A stretch of 35,632 nucleotides of DNA from a virus. The notes beneath the pieces are model-generated. The model was not told the DNA's origin. It saw only the letters and a list, made by a program, of their open reading frames with translations, and did not search any database. A program made the position numbers and the translations under genes. Below, piece after piece: positions 21,387 through 30,890 of the stretch (the first letter of the stretch is position 1; each line of letters begins with the position of its first letter). The stretch is taken from positions 1 to 35,632 of the IMG/VR virus record IMGVR_UViG_3300017613_000573. One strand, 5' to 3'.

Positions 21387-22193
21387 ATGAAAATAGATAA
21401 ATACTGGCTTTTTAAAGTTCACTCAATGGCGGAAGAAGGCGACGACCCCGGTAAAAGCTCTTTACTGCCAGAGGGCGGAGATCCACCAGCGGATCCAGCT
21501 GGCGATCCACCAGCCGGAGATCCACCAGCGGATCCAGCAGGAGAAAACGACTGGTTTAAAAAAGACAAATACAAAACCGTAGAGGACCAAGCTAAGGCTT
21601 ATAACGATCTGGAGAAAAAGCTGGGCGAAACTTCTACTCTTACCGGCGCACCTGAGGAGGATTATGTCCTCACCATGCCTGAGGGTATGGATGCTGAGTT
21701 TATGGAAGGCAATCCGGCCCTGGATGGTTTCAAAGAAGTAGCCAAGGAGATGAACCTGAGCCAGGAGGCTTTTGATAAGATCCTGGGTAAATACCTGGAG
21801 GCCGAAGCGGCTATGACTGGGACCAGTGTAGAGCAAGAAATGAAAGCTCTGGGCGATAATGCAGATCGACGCCTCAAGGACCTGGCTGATTTTGGCTCGG
21901 CTAATCTGAGTAAGGAAGATTATGAAGCATTTAGAGCGGTAGCCAGCACAGCGGCCGGGGTTACGGTCCTGGAGGCTATGAAGTCTTTAACTAAAGAGCA
22001 TAAATTACCTGGTGACGGGGAGCACGTGCCCGGAAATACTGGTATGACGCCTGAGATCTTAAAGGAAATGATGGCTAAAAAGGATGATAACGGTAATAGG
22101 CTTATGTCATTGGACCCAGCTTATAAAAAGAAAGTGGATAAAGCTTATAACGATTATTACGGCTCAGCGCCTAAGAGCTCAGTTGTTGGGTAG
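21387..22193 (+). CDS. Scaffolding protein with an N-terminal Pro/Asp repeat
   Basis: GGAGAA RBS. It is acidic and helical and lies between portal and capsid. DWFKKDKYKTVEDQAKAYNDLEKKLGE is scaffold-like. Confidence 0.65.
   Translation: MKIDKYWLFKVHSMAEEGDDPGKSSLLPEGGDPPADPAGDPPAGDPPADPAGENDWFKKDKYKTVEDQAKAYNDLEKKLGETSTLTGAPEEDYVLTMPEGMDAEFMEGNPALDGFKEVAKEMNLSQEAFDKILGKYLEAEAAMTGTSVEQEMKALGDNADRRLKDLADFGSANLSKEDYEAFRAVASTAAGVTVLEAMKSLTKEHKLPGDGEHVPGNTGMTPEILKEMMAKKDDNGNRLMSLDPAYKKKVDKAYNDYYGSAPKSSVVG
21477..21538 (+). repeat. In-frame tandem repeat ggagatccaccagcggatccagc (x2, with a degenerate unit between) encoding GDPPADPAGDPPAGDPPADPAG
   Basis: Exact 23-nt copies at 21477-21499 and 21516-21538. 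Confidence 0.8.
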
Positions 22194-22222
22194 TTGACGT
22201 ATTGATCAGTAAGTATTATATT
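22194..22222 (+). promoter_or_regulatory. Sigma70-type promoter TTGACG-17 nt-TATATT upstream of the major capsid gene
   Basis: TTGACG at 22194-22199 and TATATT at 22217-22222, with an exact 17-nt spacer. It starts immediately after the scaffold stop codon. Confidence 0.5.
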
Positions 22223-22241
22223 GAAATTCAGAAACGTATTA

Positions 22242-22270
22242 CCGGCCCTGTTTGGAGGGCCGGGATTTTA
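22242..22270 (+). promoter_or_regulatory. GC-rich hairpin (CCGGCCCT-6 nt-AGGGCCGG) plus GATTTTA; either an attenuator/terminator or a 5' stabilising stem of the capsid mRNA
   Basis: Perfect 8-bp stem located 12-34 nt after the predicted start site, followed by a 135-nt untranslated leader before the ATG at 22406. Confidence 0.5.
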
Positions 22271-22405
22271 CTACCACAACGGACACCCTCAATGAGGCCC
22301 GCTTAAAGTAGTCGGATAGGCGCAACGAATAGCGCAAGATCGGCCCACTTAGTTGGATACCCGGATCGCTTAATTTTCTATTAACGATTTGATGAGGGAC
22401 ATACA

Positions 22406-23236
22406 ATGTCTAAAACTCTATCAGCCGCAGCACAACAGCAGTTTGACGACGCTGTTTTACAAGAGTTCCAGGGTACTGGCTTCTTGCGTAATACAGTGAC
22501 GATCCGCAACAATGTTGTAGGCGACATTTATAAATTCCGCCACATGGGTAAGGGAATGGCTAATCAAAAGCCTACTCAAGCCGATGTAACTCCTATGGGC
22601 GTTAATCACGCACTTATCAACTGTACTCTGGAAAACTGGAACGCTCCAGAATATACAGATATCTTTGATCAGGCAGAGGTTAATTTCGATGAACAGCAAG
22701 AACTGGCCGAGTTAATCGCTAGTGCTTTGGGTCGTCGTCTTGATCAGCTGATCATCGATGCTTGTGACGCTGAGGGCTCTCCAGCCGCAACAATCGCACA
22801 CGGTAGCGCCGCGCTCTCCTTTGAGAAGGTTAACGCTTGTAATACTGCTTTAGTAAAAAAAGGCGTACCAGCTGGCGATCGTACTTTCCTATTAACTGGT
22901 GACGGCCTTGAGGATCTTTTGGCAGAAACCGAAGTTAATAGCTCCGATTACAACACTGTTCAAGCATTAATGGCCGCTAAGGTTAATGATGGCTGGATGG
23001 GCTTTAACTGGAAAGTTATCGAGGATCGTGACGAGGGTGGCATCCCAGTAACTACGGGTAACGCTGAAAGCTTTGTTTACCATAAAAAGGCAGTTGGCCT
23101 GGCTATCGGTATCGATATCAAAGCTGAGGTTAATTACATTGCACAGAAAACATCCTGGTTATGTAATGGCGTTATGAAAGCGGGCTCTGTTTCTCGAAAC
23201 GGTAACGGCATCGTATCAGTGGGCTGGGTAGAGTAA
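22406..23236 (+). CDS. Major capsid protein
   Basis: GAGGGA RBS. It has its own promoter and terminator unit, lies after the scaffold gene, and is 276 aa. The family was not identified by motif. Confidence 0.7.
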   Translation: MSKTLSAAAQQQFDDAVLQEFQGTGFLRNTVTIRNNVVGDIYKFRHMGKGMANQKPTQADVTPMGVNHALINCTLENWNAPEYTDIFDQAEVNFDEQQELAELIASALGRRLDQLIIDACDAEGSPAATIAHGSAALSFEKVNACNTALVKKGVPAGDRTFLLTGDGLEDLLAETEVNSSDYNTVQALMAAKVNDGWMGFNWKVIEDRDEGGIPVTTGNAESFVYHKKAVGLAIGIDIKAEVNYIAQKTSWLCNGVMKAGSVSRNGNGIVSVGWVE

Positions 23237-23277
23237 TCTACCTTTAGCCTCCTTTAAATTATATAGGAGATTAAGCA

Positions 23278-23544
23278 ATGGCTTTTTCACTTGATGGTCT
23301 TTACCAGGTAGGTCCTGGCGGTAGCGCTCCACGCTTGTGGATGTACAGCACAGAGGATCCTATTGCCGACGTAAATACTGAGGGTTATTTTAATGACGCC
23401 TCTGATTTGCTTGGCATCCGTGACGTTATGTTTATTTGTGACACAAATGTTCCATCTACTACTATCGTAAACGTTCTCTCGAACGCTTCCGGTGTTGTTG
23501 ATGTATCTGACGGCCTAACGGTTCCTGAAACAGACGGCGACTAG
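23278..23544 (+). CDS. Small head-associated protein (88 aa), possibly a decoration or cement protein
   Basis: AGGAGA RBS. It is co-transcribed with the capsid gene upstream of a strong terminator. Confidence 0.5.
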   Translation: MAFSLDGLYQVGPGGSAPRLWMYSTEDPIADVNTEGYFNDASDLLGIRDVMFICDTNVPSTTIVNVLSNASGVVDVSDGLTVPETDGD

Positions 23545-23591
23545 TCGCTAAAAGAATGGGTAAGCTAAACATTGTTTGGCTATTCAGGGCA

Positions 23592-23626
23592 GGGCGCCTG
23601 GCTTAACGGTCCGGCGCCCTTTTTGA
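23592..23626 (+). terminator. Rho-independent terminator (GGGCGCC ... GGCGCCC TTTTTG)
   Basis: 7-bp GC stem (23592-23598 and 23613-23619) followed by a T5 run. Confidence 0.75.
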
Positions 23627-23641
23627 TGAGGAATTGAAAAA

Positions 23642-24046
23642 ATGTCACAACCAATAGCAGCAGAAAGAACACTAGCCTCAACTGTCGTGGCGGTAGCTGG
23701 GTTAACGACAATAGGCGATAATATCCAGGTTAAAAATTATGACCAGATTATGGTAATAATTGATAACTCTGATGATACAGGGACGGCCGCAGTATTGTTT
23801 GACGCTTTTGAGATACAGCATAGCAACGACGGCGGAGTTAATTTTGAAACGCTTTATAGTGCGTCTAGCGATTACACAAGCCCGTCGGGTATCTTGGTTG
23901 GGGTTAGTAGCGATTTAACGGTGTTAGCCGTGGACGCTAGAGGCTGGTTTATTTTAGATTGTACCGCGCTTGATTTATTAAGGATTCAAGCCTCTGCCGA
24001 CACTACTCAATCAGTCGGCGTAACAGGAACTTGGAGCGCTAAATAA
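23642..24046 (+). CDS. Hypothetical virion-module protein (134 aa), AT-rich island
   Basis: Beta-rich composition. Unknown family. Confidence 0.55.
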   Translation: MSQPIAAERTLASTVVAVAGLTTIGDNIQVKNYDQIMVIIDNSDDTGTAAVLFDAFEIQHSNDGGVNFETLYSASSDYTSPSGILVGVSSDLTVLAVDARGWFILDCTALDLLRIQASADTTQSVGVTGTWSAK

Positions 24047-24534
24047 TGGCTAACTGGCGAGATAAAAATAGCGCTTCTTTAATTGAGGTTATCGGCTCTG
24101 GTGCTGGCATATCTCATACAGGCAATACAACTAAAACATCTCTAAAAACTATTACCTTCCCTGCTGGTACATTTCAGGTAGGTGACAGCTTAAGAATACA
24201 ATGCCTTTACAATATAGATGATGGTGATGGTGTCGGTGGAGCGCCTGCTGGAACAATGACAGCGAGAGTTGAGTGGGATGGGACAACATGCTGCTCTATT
24301 GCCACAATAGGTTTTGATCTTGGTATTGATAAACTTATTATTGTTGAAAACTCAACTACATTAACATGCCAAGCTGCTAGTCGTAACACAGATATAAAAG
24401 GAACTGGAGCCAGTGAAAGGATAACGGTTGATATTAGTGCAGAAATAACACTTGAGTTTACTGCGCAATTAACTAATGGGGCCGATGCTGCTTATTTGCG
24501 GAACTATACCGTACTACATAATAAGGCACAGTAA
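24046..24534 (+). CDS. Hypothetical virion-module protein (162 aa), N-terminus MANWRDK
   Basis: TAATG junction. It shares the N-terminal M-x-N-W-R-D motif with the next gene. Confidence 0.55.
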   Translation: MANWRDKNSASLIEVIGSGAGISHTGNTTKTSLKTITFPAGTFQVGDSLRIQCLYNIDDGDGVGGAPAGTMTARVEWDGTTCCSIATIGFDLGIDKLIIVENSTTLTCQAASRNTDIKGTGASERITVDISAEITLEFTAQLTNGADAAYLRNYTVLHNKAQ

Positions 24535-24536
24535 TC

Positions 24537-25697
24537 ATGCCTAATTGGAGAGATAATAGTCAACTTTCGACTGTAGTAGCTAATAGATCAGTCAGCTTAA
24601 CTAACCTTGTGTTGACCAACATAGGCGGGGGTGCAGTCAGACCCTTTGGGGGGCTTGGTAGCGTCCTATATGGATTTAATAATGGTGGTGATGTCTTATG
24701 GTCTAGTACAGATAAGGGTGATAACTGGACTCAAGTGACAGGGATAACACTTGGTAATCCTGTAGGCGGTTCCGGTAATTGCAGAGCTATTTATCAATGC
24801 ACTGATGGCGAGGCTCTTGTTCTTAGAGATAATGATTTAGTCAAGTCCACTGATTGGGGTGGAGCAACTCCAACATGGACAACGAAAGCAACATTATCTT
24901 CACCGGCTGGCGCAACATCCGGTCAGTTCAAAGAGTGGGGTATTGATTTTAGTGGCACCCACGGAATTTTAAGTGAATATCACAATCCGTGGGAAGATAT
25001 AACAGCAGCTACTAATGTATGGATAACCGAAGATGGCGGGGATACATGGTCAGTTGAGCTTGCTACAGGAACAGCTCCATTTACAGACTATGCCTGCCAC
25101 TGGCACGGGGGTTGTGTAGATAAATGGCAAAATAGATTCTATATCAGTATGGGGCATGGTGATCAAGTTGGGTTGTATGTCAGAGATTTTGGAGATACGA
25201 CTTGGCATTCAGTAGATATTGAGCCACATAAACTTAATGCACTTAGATCAACAAGCAGTGTAGACCCGCTATATAGTGGTCTTACACAGTTATGCGCAAC
25301 ACCTCGCGGCATTTATGGCGGGACTGATGATTATCCATCCGCTTTTGTTGAAGTGTTGGGCAATCAGGCAACAGCCAGCCAGAGAGCAGAAGAAATATAT
25401 ACTGATGATGAGCTTGACCTTATGCCTTGGTGGATAGAATGCGGCACTTATCATGCTTCATCTGGTGCAACTATAATGGGAACAAAATTAACGCCTAGTG
25501 TTACAACACAAGAGCCACGGCTTTATGGTTGCATTGACGGGAAAGTAACTATGATTTGGGAATATCCAAATGACCCAGGGACTAATACAAGTGTGTCAAT
25601 AAGAAGCATATCTGATCTCGATGATGGGGCTGTGTTTGTTGTTATACAGATAGACTCGGATTTTTGGACTCTATCGGCCAGCGTGTCTGTAAGTTAG
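24537..25697 (+). CDS. BNR/Asp-box beta-propeller protein (sialidase-like fold); candidate tail spike or glycan-binding protein
   Basis: Asp-boxes are SSTDKGDNW (about 24705-24728), ITEDGGDTW (about 25024-25050) and a degenerate STDWGGATPTW. The N-terminus is MPNWRDN. Confidence 0.6.
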   Translation: MPNWRDNSQLSTVVANRSVSLTNLVLTNIGGGAVRPFGGLGSVLYGFNNGGDVLWSSTDKGDNWTQVTGITLGNPVGGSGNCRAIYQCTDGEALVLRDNDLVKSTDWGGATPTWTTKATLSSPAGATSGQFKEWGIDFSGTHGILSEYHNPWEDITAATNVWITEDGGDTWSVELATGTAPFTDYACHWHGGCVDKWQNRFYISMGHGDQVGLYVRDFGDTTWHSVDIEPHKLNALRSTSSVDPLYSGLTQLCATPRGIYGGTDDYPSAFVEVLGNQATASQRAEEIYTDDELDLMPWWIECGTYHASSGATIMGTKLTPSVTTQEPRLYGCIDGKVTMIWEYPNDPGTNTSVSIRSISDLDDGAVFVVIQIDSDFWTLSASVSVS

Positions 25698-25755
25698 TAA
25701 TAAATGACGCATTACTGAGAATGTTAATAAAAACAAAATAAATTGGCGGTAAATT

Positions 25756-26316
25756 ATGGCTTCCGACGTATCAATATGCAGTAACGCTCTCCTGTTAATC
25801 GGCCACAGCAAAATATCAGCGCTCAGTGAAAACGAACACGCTGAGGCCTTCTATCCTACAAGCTATAAGAGCTTGTTAAGCAAACACAGATGGCACTTTG
25901 CAACCAGGAAAAGCGTCCCTTTATCCAGGTTAACTGCAGCGCCACAAAACGAATTTGATTATGCTTTCCAGCTTCCTACCGATATGCTGGTCCTGGACCG
26001 CACCTATCCCTCGACAAATTATAAAATATTTGGCGATAAGCTTTATAGCAATAACCCGACCGTCGAGATCGATTACCGATACCAGGTAGCTGAAAGCGAT
26101 TTGCCTCCCTATGTGGTGACGGTTATGGAGTTCTTAATGGCTTCTAAATTTGCGATCCCTGTCACGGCTAATAAAACAACGGCCGCGGAGTATCGGGAGG
26201 CTTATAAGGACGAGCTAAGGACCGCTAAATTCCTGGACGCACAACAGGCGCCAGCGGATCCTATCAGTGATAATCCATTAATCGATGTACGCGGCGGTGG
26301 ATTTAACAATGCCTAA
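25756..26316 (+). CDS. Tail tubular protein A (T7 gp11-like adaptor)
   Basis: The N-terminus DVSICSNALLLIGHSKISALSE...HRWHFAT is a pattern typical of gp11-like proteins. It precedes the gp12-like gene. Confidence 0.7.
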   Translation: MASDVSICSNALLLIGHSKISALSENEHAEAFYPTSYKSLLSKHRWHFATRKSVPLSRLTAAPQNEFDYAFQLPTDMLVLDRTYPSTNYKIFGDKLYSNNPTVEIDYRYQVAESDLPPYVVTVMEFLMASKFAIPVTANKTTAAEYREAYKDELRTAKFLDAQQAPADPISDNPLIDVRGGGFNNA

Positions 26317-28333
26317 GAATGTCAGTCTCCAGTCGTCGTTTAATGCCGGGGTCCTGGATCCAAGGCTCGGCTCCCGTACCGATATCGAGAAATATTACTC
26401 AGGCTTAAGCGAGGGTAAAAATGTCTTATGCACCCCACAGGGAGGCTTTAAGCGTCGCCCTGGCATGGCTTTTGTGCACGATATCGGTCTGGATGGTCAT
26501 TTAGCCAGCTTTGCTTTTAATGTTGAGCAGACTTATCTCCTGGTTTTTACCGATTTAAATGTCGAAATATTCAGGGACGGAGCAAGCCAGGCCAATGTTA
26601 CGACGCCTTGGACGCTGGCCCAGCTCCCTAGCCTGAGATATACCCAATCAGCGGACACCATGATCCTGGTGCATGAGGACCATGCCCCTAGACAGCTGGT
26701 TCGAGGCGCGACACATTCATCCTGGACGCTCTCTACAATTACATTTAGTAACGTGCCTCAGCATGACTTTAATGATGCGAGCTCGCCCGCCCAGGTCGAT
26801 GAGGTTCAACAAATCACTATCCCGAGCACTACTTGGGCCGGTGGCGAAACCTTTAAACTGGATCTTGATGGCGAGATAACCGACACTATTACTTGGGCGA
26901 CCGCTTCAACGGCTATCAATGAGGAACGGATCCAGACCGCATTAAGGGCTTTAAGCGGTACAAGCTCAACAGGGATAACAGTGGCTTATGTCGCGGCCTC
27001 CTCTCCCGAGGAATACGACGTGACCTTCGCCGGATCTGATGGCGGTATTGACTGGGTTCAAATGGTTGACCGAGAGGATACGACACCTGGTATATCAATC
27101 AGTACCACTACCGACGGCGTTCCAGGGACCGAGGATATCTGGAGCGCTACCCGCGGCTATCCTAGATCAACTACATTCCACCAGGGCCGATTAATTTTTG
27201 GCGGAACAAGGGATCGACTACAGACGGTTATCGCTTCGGTTACTAATGACTTTTATAACTTTGATACCGGGACCGGCCTGGATGATCAGGCGATCGTTGC
27301 CACCATGGACACGGACCAGGTTAACGCCATCTCAGCTGTAACCTCGACTCGACATTTACAGATCTTTACCTCTGGCGGTGAGTTTATTGAGAAATCGATC
27401 CCGCTTACTCCTGGCAGCGTGGCAATTACACGCCAAACACAATACGGATCTATAGGATTACACCCGGTTAATATCGACGGCGCGACTATGTTCGTCGAGC
27501 GACGGGGTAAGGTGGTTCGTGAGTTTGTGTTCAGTTTTGGTGAGGATGCTTATAACGCGGCTCCTGTTTCTATCCTGGCGCCGCATTTAATTAATACGCC
27601 CGTTGATATGGCGGCTCGTAAGGGCACAGCTACAGACGACGCCAACCTGGTGTTTATTGTTAATACTGATGGCACTATGGCGGTCCTCAATACCCTCAGA
27701 ACTGAAAATGTCGCGGGCTGGACTCAATGGGTAACCGATGGCGAGATCCTATCAGTAACCTCCGTTATTGATGAGGTTTATTTCCTGGTAAAACGGACCA
27801 TTAACTCCTCGACTGAGTATTACCTGGAGCGCATGGATGAGGACACTTATACAGATTCTAATATCGCTCAGACTCAAGCCTCAAGTGTAACGGTGACAGG
27901 GCTCGGCCATTTAGATGGCGAATCTTGCCGAGTTAAAGCGGACGGCGCGGTGATGGCCGATGCTACTCCAGCGAGCGGATCCATTACTCTGGCGCGTGAG
28001 GGCGTGGATGTAGAGGTCGGACTAGATTATGATGTAATAGCGACGACTATGCCGCTTAATGTTAATTTTGCCAATGGCCCGACACTGATGAGAGAAAAGC
28101 GACCATTTCATGCTCAAATTGATCTATATCAATCTTTAGGCGTGATTATCCAGGGGAAACGATTACCGGATAGAACAATGGCCGGCCCGCTTCCTGATAT
28201 CCCGGATCCATATACGGGCATGAAAGAGGTCTGGTTAACTGGCTGGAGTCATATAGCCGACATTACAATCTCACAAACGGATCCTTTGCCTATGTTTGTT
28301 CGATCATTATCTTTAGACGTGGAGGTGAGTTAG
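26309..28333 (+). CDS. Tail tubular protein B (T7 gp12-like nozzle)
   Basis: ATG at 26309 (8-nt overlap). SFNAGVLDPRLGSRTDIEKYYSG...GGFKRRPG is gp12-like. It is about 675 aa. Confidence 0.7.
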   Translation: MPKNVSLQSSFNAGVLDPRLGSRTDIEKYYSGLSEGKNVLCTPQGGFKRRPGMAFVHDIGLDGHLASFAFNVEQTYLLVFTDLNVEIFRDGASQANVTTPWTLAQLPSLRYTQSADTMILVHEDHAPRQLVRGATHSSWTLSTITFSNVPQHDFNDASSPAQVDEVQQITIPSTTWAGGETFKLDLDGEITDTITWATASTAINEERIQTALRALSGTSSTGITVAYVAASSPEEYDVTFAGSDGGIDWVQMVDREDTTPGISISTTTDGVPGTEDIWSATRGYPRSTTFHQGRLIFGGTRDRLQTVIASVTNDFYNFDTGTGLDDQAIVATMDTDQVNAISAVTSTRHLQIFTSGGEFIEKSIPLTPGSVAITRQTQYGSIGLHPVNIDGATMFVERRGKVVREFVFSFGEDAYNAAPVSILAPHLINTPVDMAARKGTATDDANLVFIVNTDGTMAVLNTLRTENVAGWTQWVTDGEILSVTSVIDEVYFLVKRTINSSTEYYLERMDEDTYTDSNIAQTQASSVTVTGLGHLDGESCRVKADGAVMADATPASGSITLAREGVDVEVGLDYDVIATTMPLNVNFANGPTLMREKRPFHAQIDLYQSLGVIIQGKRLPDRTMAGPLPDIPDPYTGMKEVWLTGWSHIADITISQTDPLPMFVRSLSLDVEVS

Positions 28334-28828
28334 ATGGCAGATCCAGTAACAGCAACAGCGGCGCTATCGACTGCCGGAACCGCAGCAGCAACAACAACAG
28401 CCGCAGGGGTTGGAGCGGCTAGTTTGTTGCCAGGGTTTACAGCGGCTAACGTATTGGCCGGGCTAAGTGTTGCCTCAATGATTCGCCAGGGCCAGGCGGC
28501 AAAAGTAACGGGCCGAGTACAGGCTGATCAAATTAAACAAGATGCTAAAAATAAAGAAGTTAATCGGCGCCGGAGATTAGTCTCCAGCTTGGCAAGTCAA
28601 AACGCTACCCGAGCGGCCAGTGGTATCGCCTTCCTGGAAGGCTCAAGCAAAGAGGCGGCTCTTGAGGATATCCGTACAGGTCGGGGCGCTGGCCTGGTTG
28701 AGACTGGTGGCGCGGAAGCTGCAGCGGCTTCGGCTATATCTCAGGCCGGATATCGACGAACAGGGAGCATGATAGGCGCGACGGCTTCGCTGTTAGACCA
28801 AATAAACAGAAATGTAGATAGGGGCTAA
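28334..28828 (+). CDS. Internal virion protein (Ala/Gly-rich, hydrophobic N-terminus)
   Basis: Its position after gp12-like and its composition resemble T7 gp13/14-type proteins. Confidence 0.55.
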   Translation: MADPVTATAALSTAGTAAATTTAAGVGAASLLPGFTAANVLAGLSVASMIRQGQAAKVTGRVQADQIKQDAKNKEVNRRRRLVSSLASQNATRAASGIAFLEGSSKEAALEDIRTGRGAGLVETGGAEAAAASAISQAGYRRTGSMIGATASLLDQINRNVDRG

Positions 28829-28829
28829 A

Positions 28830-30890
28830 ATGCCACAGGTTAAACGATTTGATCCTACTATAGGAAGTCAGCCGCGGGTCCAGACGGGCGCCCAAGAACA
28901 AATGCTTGGCTCTCTGGCAGACCGTTTAAGAGGTTTTGCCACTCGAGAAAATAAACTGGCGGACATTGAAGCCCAAAAAGAAGGCGAGCGAGCGGGTGAA
29001 GCTGCAGCGGCCGGGCGTGTTGGTGGTGTTGATATCCCTGAGGATATGACTATCCGCGACCAGGCTTTCGCTACCGGCGCAAGGGTCGCTCATACAGCAG
29101 CTATCCAAACTGATATCCGTAAAACGGTGGCGGATCTTGAGCTGAATAACCAGAATGATATCGGTAATTTCAATTTAGAGTTTGATGCCTATAAAGAGGG
29201 CCTGTTATCTGAGGTCGATGATTCGCTCAAACCTATGGCTATCAAGGAAATGGGAGATTATTCTCTCCGCTCTAAGGTTCGTATTGAAAAAACCATGTTT
29301 GATACGGCTCAGACTGAGCAGCTGGCTGCGATTAATACCGCTTCTGATGGCTTTAAAGACGACGCCATGAGCTCAGCCTATAATGGCGACAATGCGCTCT
29401 ATGACAGCAAGCGAGAGGATTATTTCGACTTATTGGACTCGGGGGTGGAAAGTGGGCTCCTGGATAAAAATAAAGTAGAAATCACTAAGCGAGCCTTCGA
29501 GGATGAGGCTCTCATGCGTACAGTAACCGGCGCTTTTGATCGTACAATCGATGAGGAAGGTCTGGACCAGGCTGAGGAGTCTTATAAAAAATTCAGATCT
29601 AAAAAACACCAGGGCGTCGATCCGGATCTAGTTGATAAAATCGATAACAAGATGAAAGCGGCCCTAACCCAGGAGCGGGCTCGAGTTCGCTCTGAGATAA
29701 CTAGGGGTAAAGCGGTTATAACTGCCAGGGAAAAGGCCCTGGATCGCACAGTAAAAAATGCCGAGTATTCCCTAGACCATGGGCGCCAGGTCGAGGGATT
29801 GCCTGAGCTGATCGAGGTTTCACGTGGAACAAAGCACGAAGCCACGCTCAAATCGATACAGATCCACCAGGACGCAGTTAATGAGTTTGTGCAGTTATCA
29901 CCGGCTCAAATGGATGAAACCCTGAATAAACAAAACCAGAAAAAATTATCCGGCGAGCAAGTTCGATTAGTTGAGCGCCTGGAGAAAACTCGAGACTATA
30001 CACGCGGCGAGCTTAAATCTGGCCGAGGCCTGGACCTGGCTCTGGAGCAAAACATTATTGAGGATCTTCCCCCATTAGGTGAGGAGGGAGCTTTCCAGGA
30101 GAGAGCAAGATTATCCAAGGTAGCCGAGGAGCATTATGGTCAGCCTATTTCACCCATGACGGATAGCGAGATCGATGATTTTAAAGCGGGCCTGGATGAA
30201 ATGAGCTCGGATGAAAAAATCGTGGCTATGGGTCAGCTGGCCGAGGGCCTGGGTACTGAGTCTTTACCTCTATTGGAAAACCTGGCCGGAAAGAATAGCG
30301 GGACCTATGCGGTCGCGGGTAGCTTAATGGTTGAGGGTCGAGGTAATTTAGGCCGTGAAATGATCAAGGGCCTGGATGCTCGAGCGGCTTATCCTAAAAT
30401 AATCCCTAAGGATTTTGATACGCAATTTAATAACATCATAAAAACAGCCTATGCCAGGACGCCCAAACAGGTGGAGGTATTGCGCGACTCAATGCGGAAT
30501 ATATACGCCCAAAGAGCGGCCAATAATGGCAATGTTGACGGTGTGGCGGTAGATACCGAGGTATTAACCGGCGCATTTAACGAGGTTACTGGTGGCGTGT
30601 ACTCCCTGGAGGATCAGGGCTCTGGTTTCTTTATGGATAATGCTTATGATATCGAGGCGCCTCAGCCTGGAGTTGATCAAGATCAATTTATCGACTGGAT
30701 GGAAAATATCACCCAGGCAGAAGTTGAGGATATGGGTGCGGGCAGTATCGCGCCTGAGCTTTCAAAAGCTATTAACGATATGAGCGTAAAATTGATTACA
30801 CTGGGCGACGGAAACTATCAGGTAATTAGAAACGGCTTACCCGTGGTTAACGATGACCTAACCCCATTTACTTTAACCTGGCCTAAATAA
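28830..30890 (+). CDS. Internal virion / ejection protein (686 aa)
   Basis: Assigned by position and size. No enzymatic motif recognised. Confidence 0.55.
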   Translation: MPQVKRFDPTIGSQPRVQTGAQEQMLGSLADRLRGFATRENKLADIEAQKEGERAGEAAAAGRVGGVDIPEDMTIRDQAFATGARVAHTAAIQTDIRKTVADLELNNQNDIGNFNLEFDAYKEGLLSEVDDSLKPMAIKEMGDYSLRSKVRIEKTMFDTAQTEQLAAINTASDGFKDDAMSSAYNGDNALYDSKREDYFDLLDSGVESGLLDKNKVEITKRAFEDEALMRTVTGAFDRTIDEEGLDQAEESYKKFRSKKHQGVDPDLVDKIDNKMKAALTQERARVRSEITRGKAVITAREKALDRTVKNAEYSLDHGRQVEGLPELIEVSRGTKHEATLKSIQIHQDAVNEFVQLSPAQMDETLNKQNQKKLSGEQVRLVERLEKTRDYTRGELKSGRGLDLALEQNIIEDLPPLGEEGAFQERARLSKVAEEHYGQPISPMTDSEIDDFKAGLDEMSSDEKIVAMGQLAEGLGTESLPLLENLAGKNSGTYAVAGSLMVEGRGNLGREMIKGLDARAAYPKIIPKDFDTQFNNIIKTAYARTPKQVEVLRDSMRNIYAQRAANNGNVDGVAVDTEVLTGAFNEVTGGVYSLEDQGSGFFMDNAYDIEAPQPGVDQDQFIDWMENITQAEVEDMGAGSIAPELSKAINDMSVKLITLGDGNYQVIRNGLPVVNDDLTPFTLTWPK

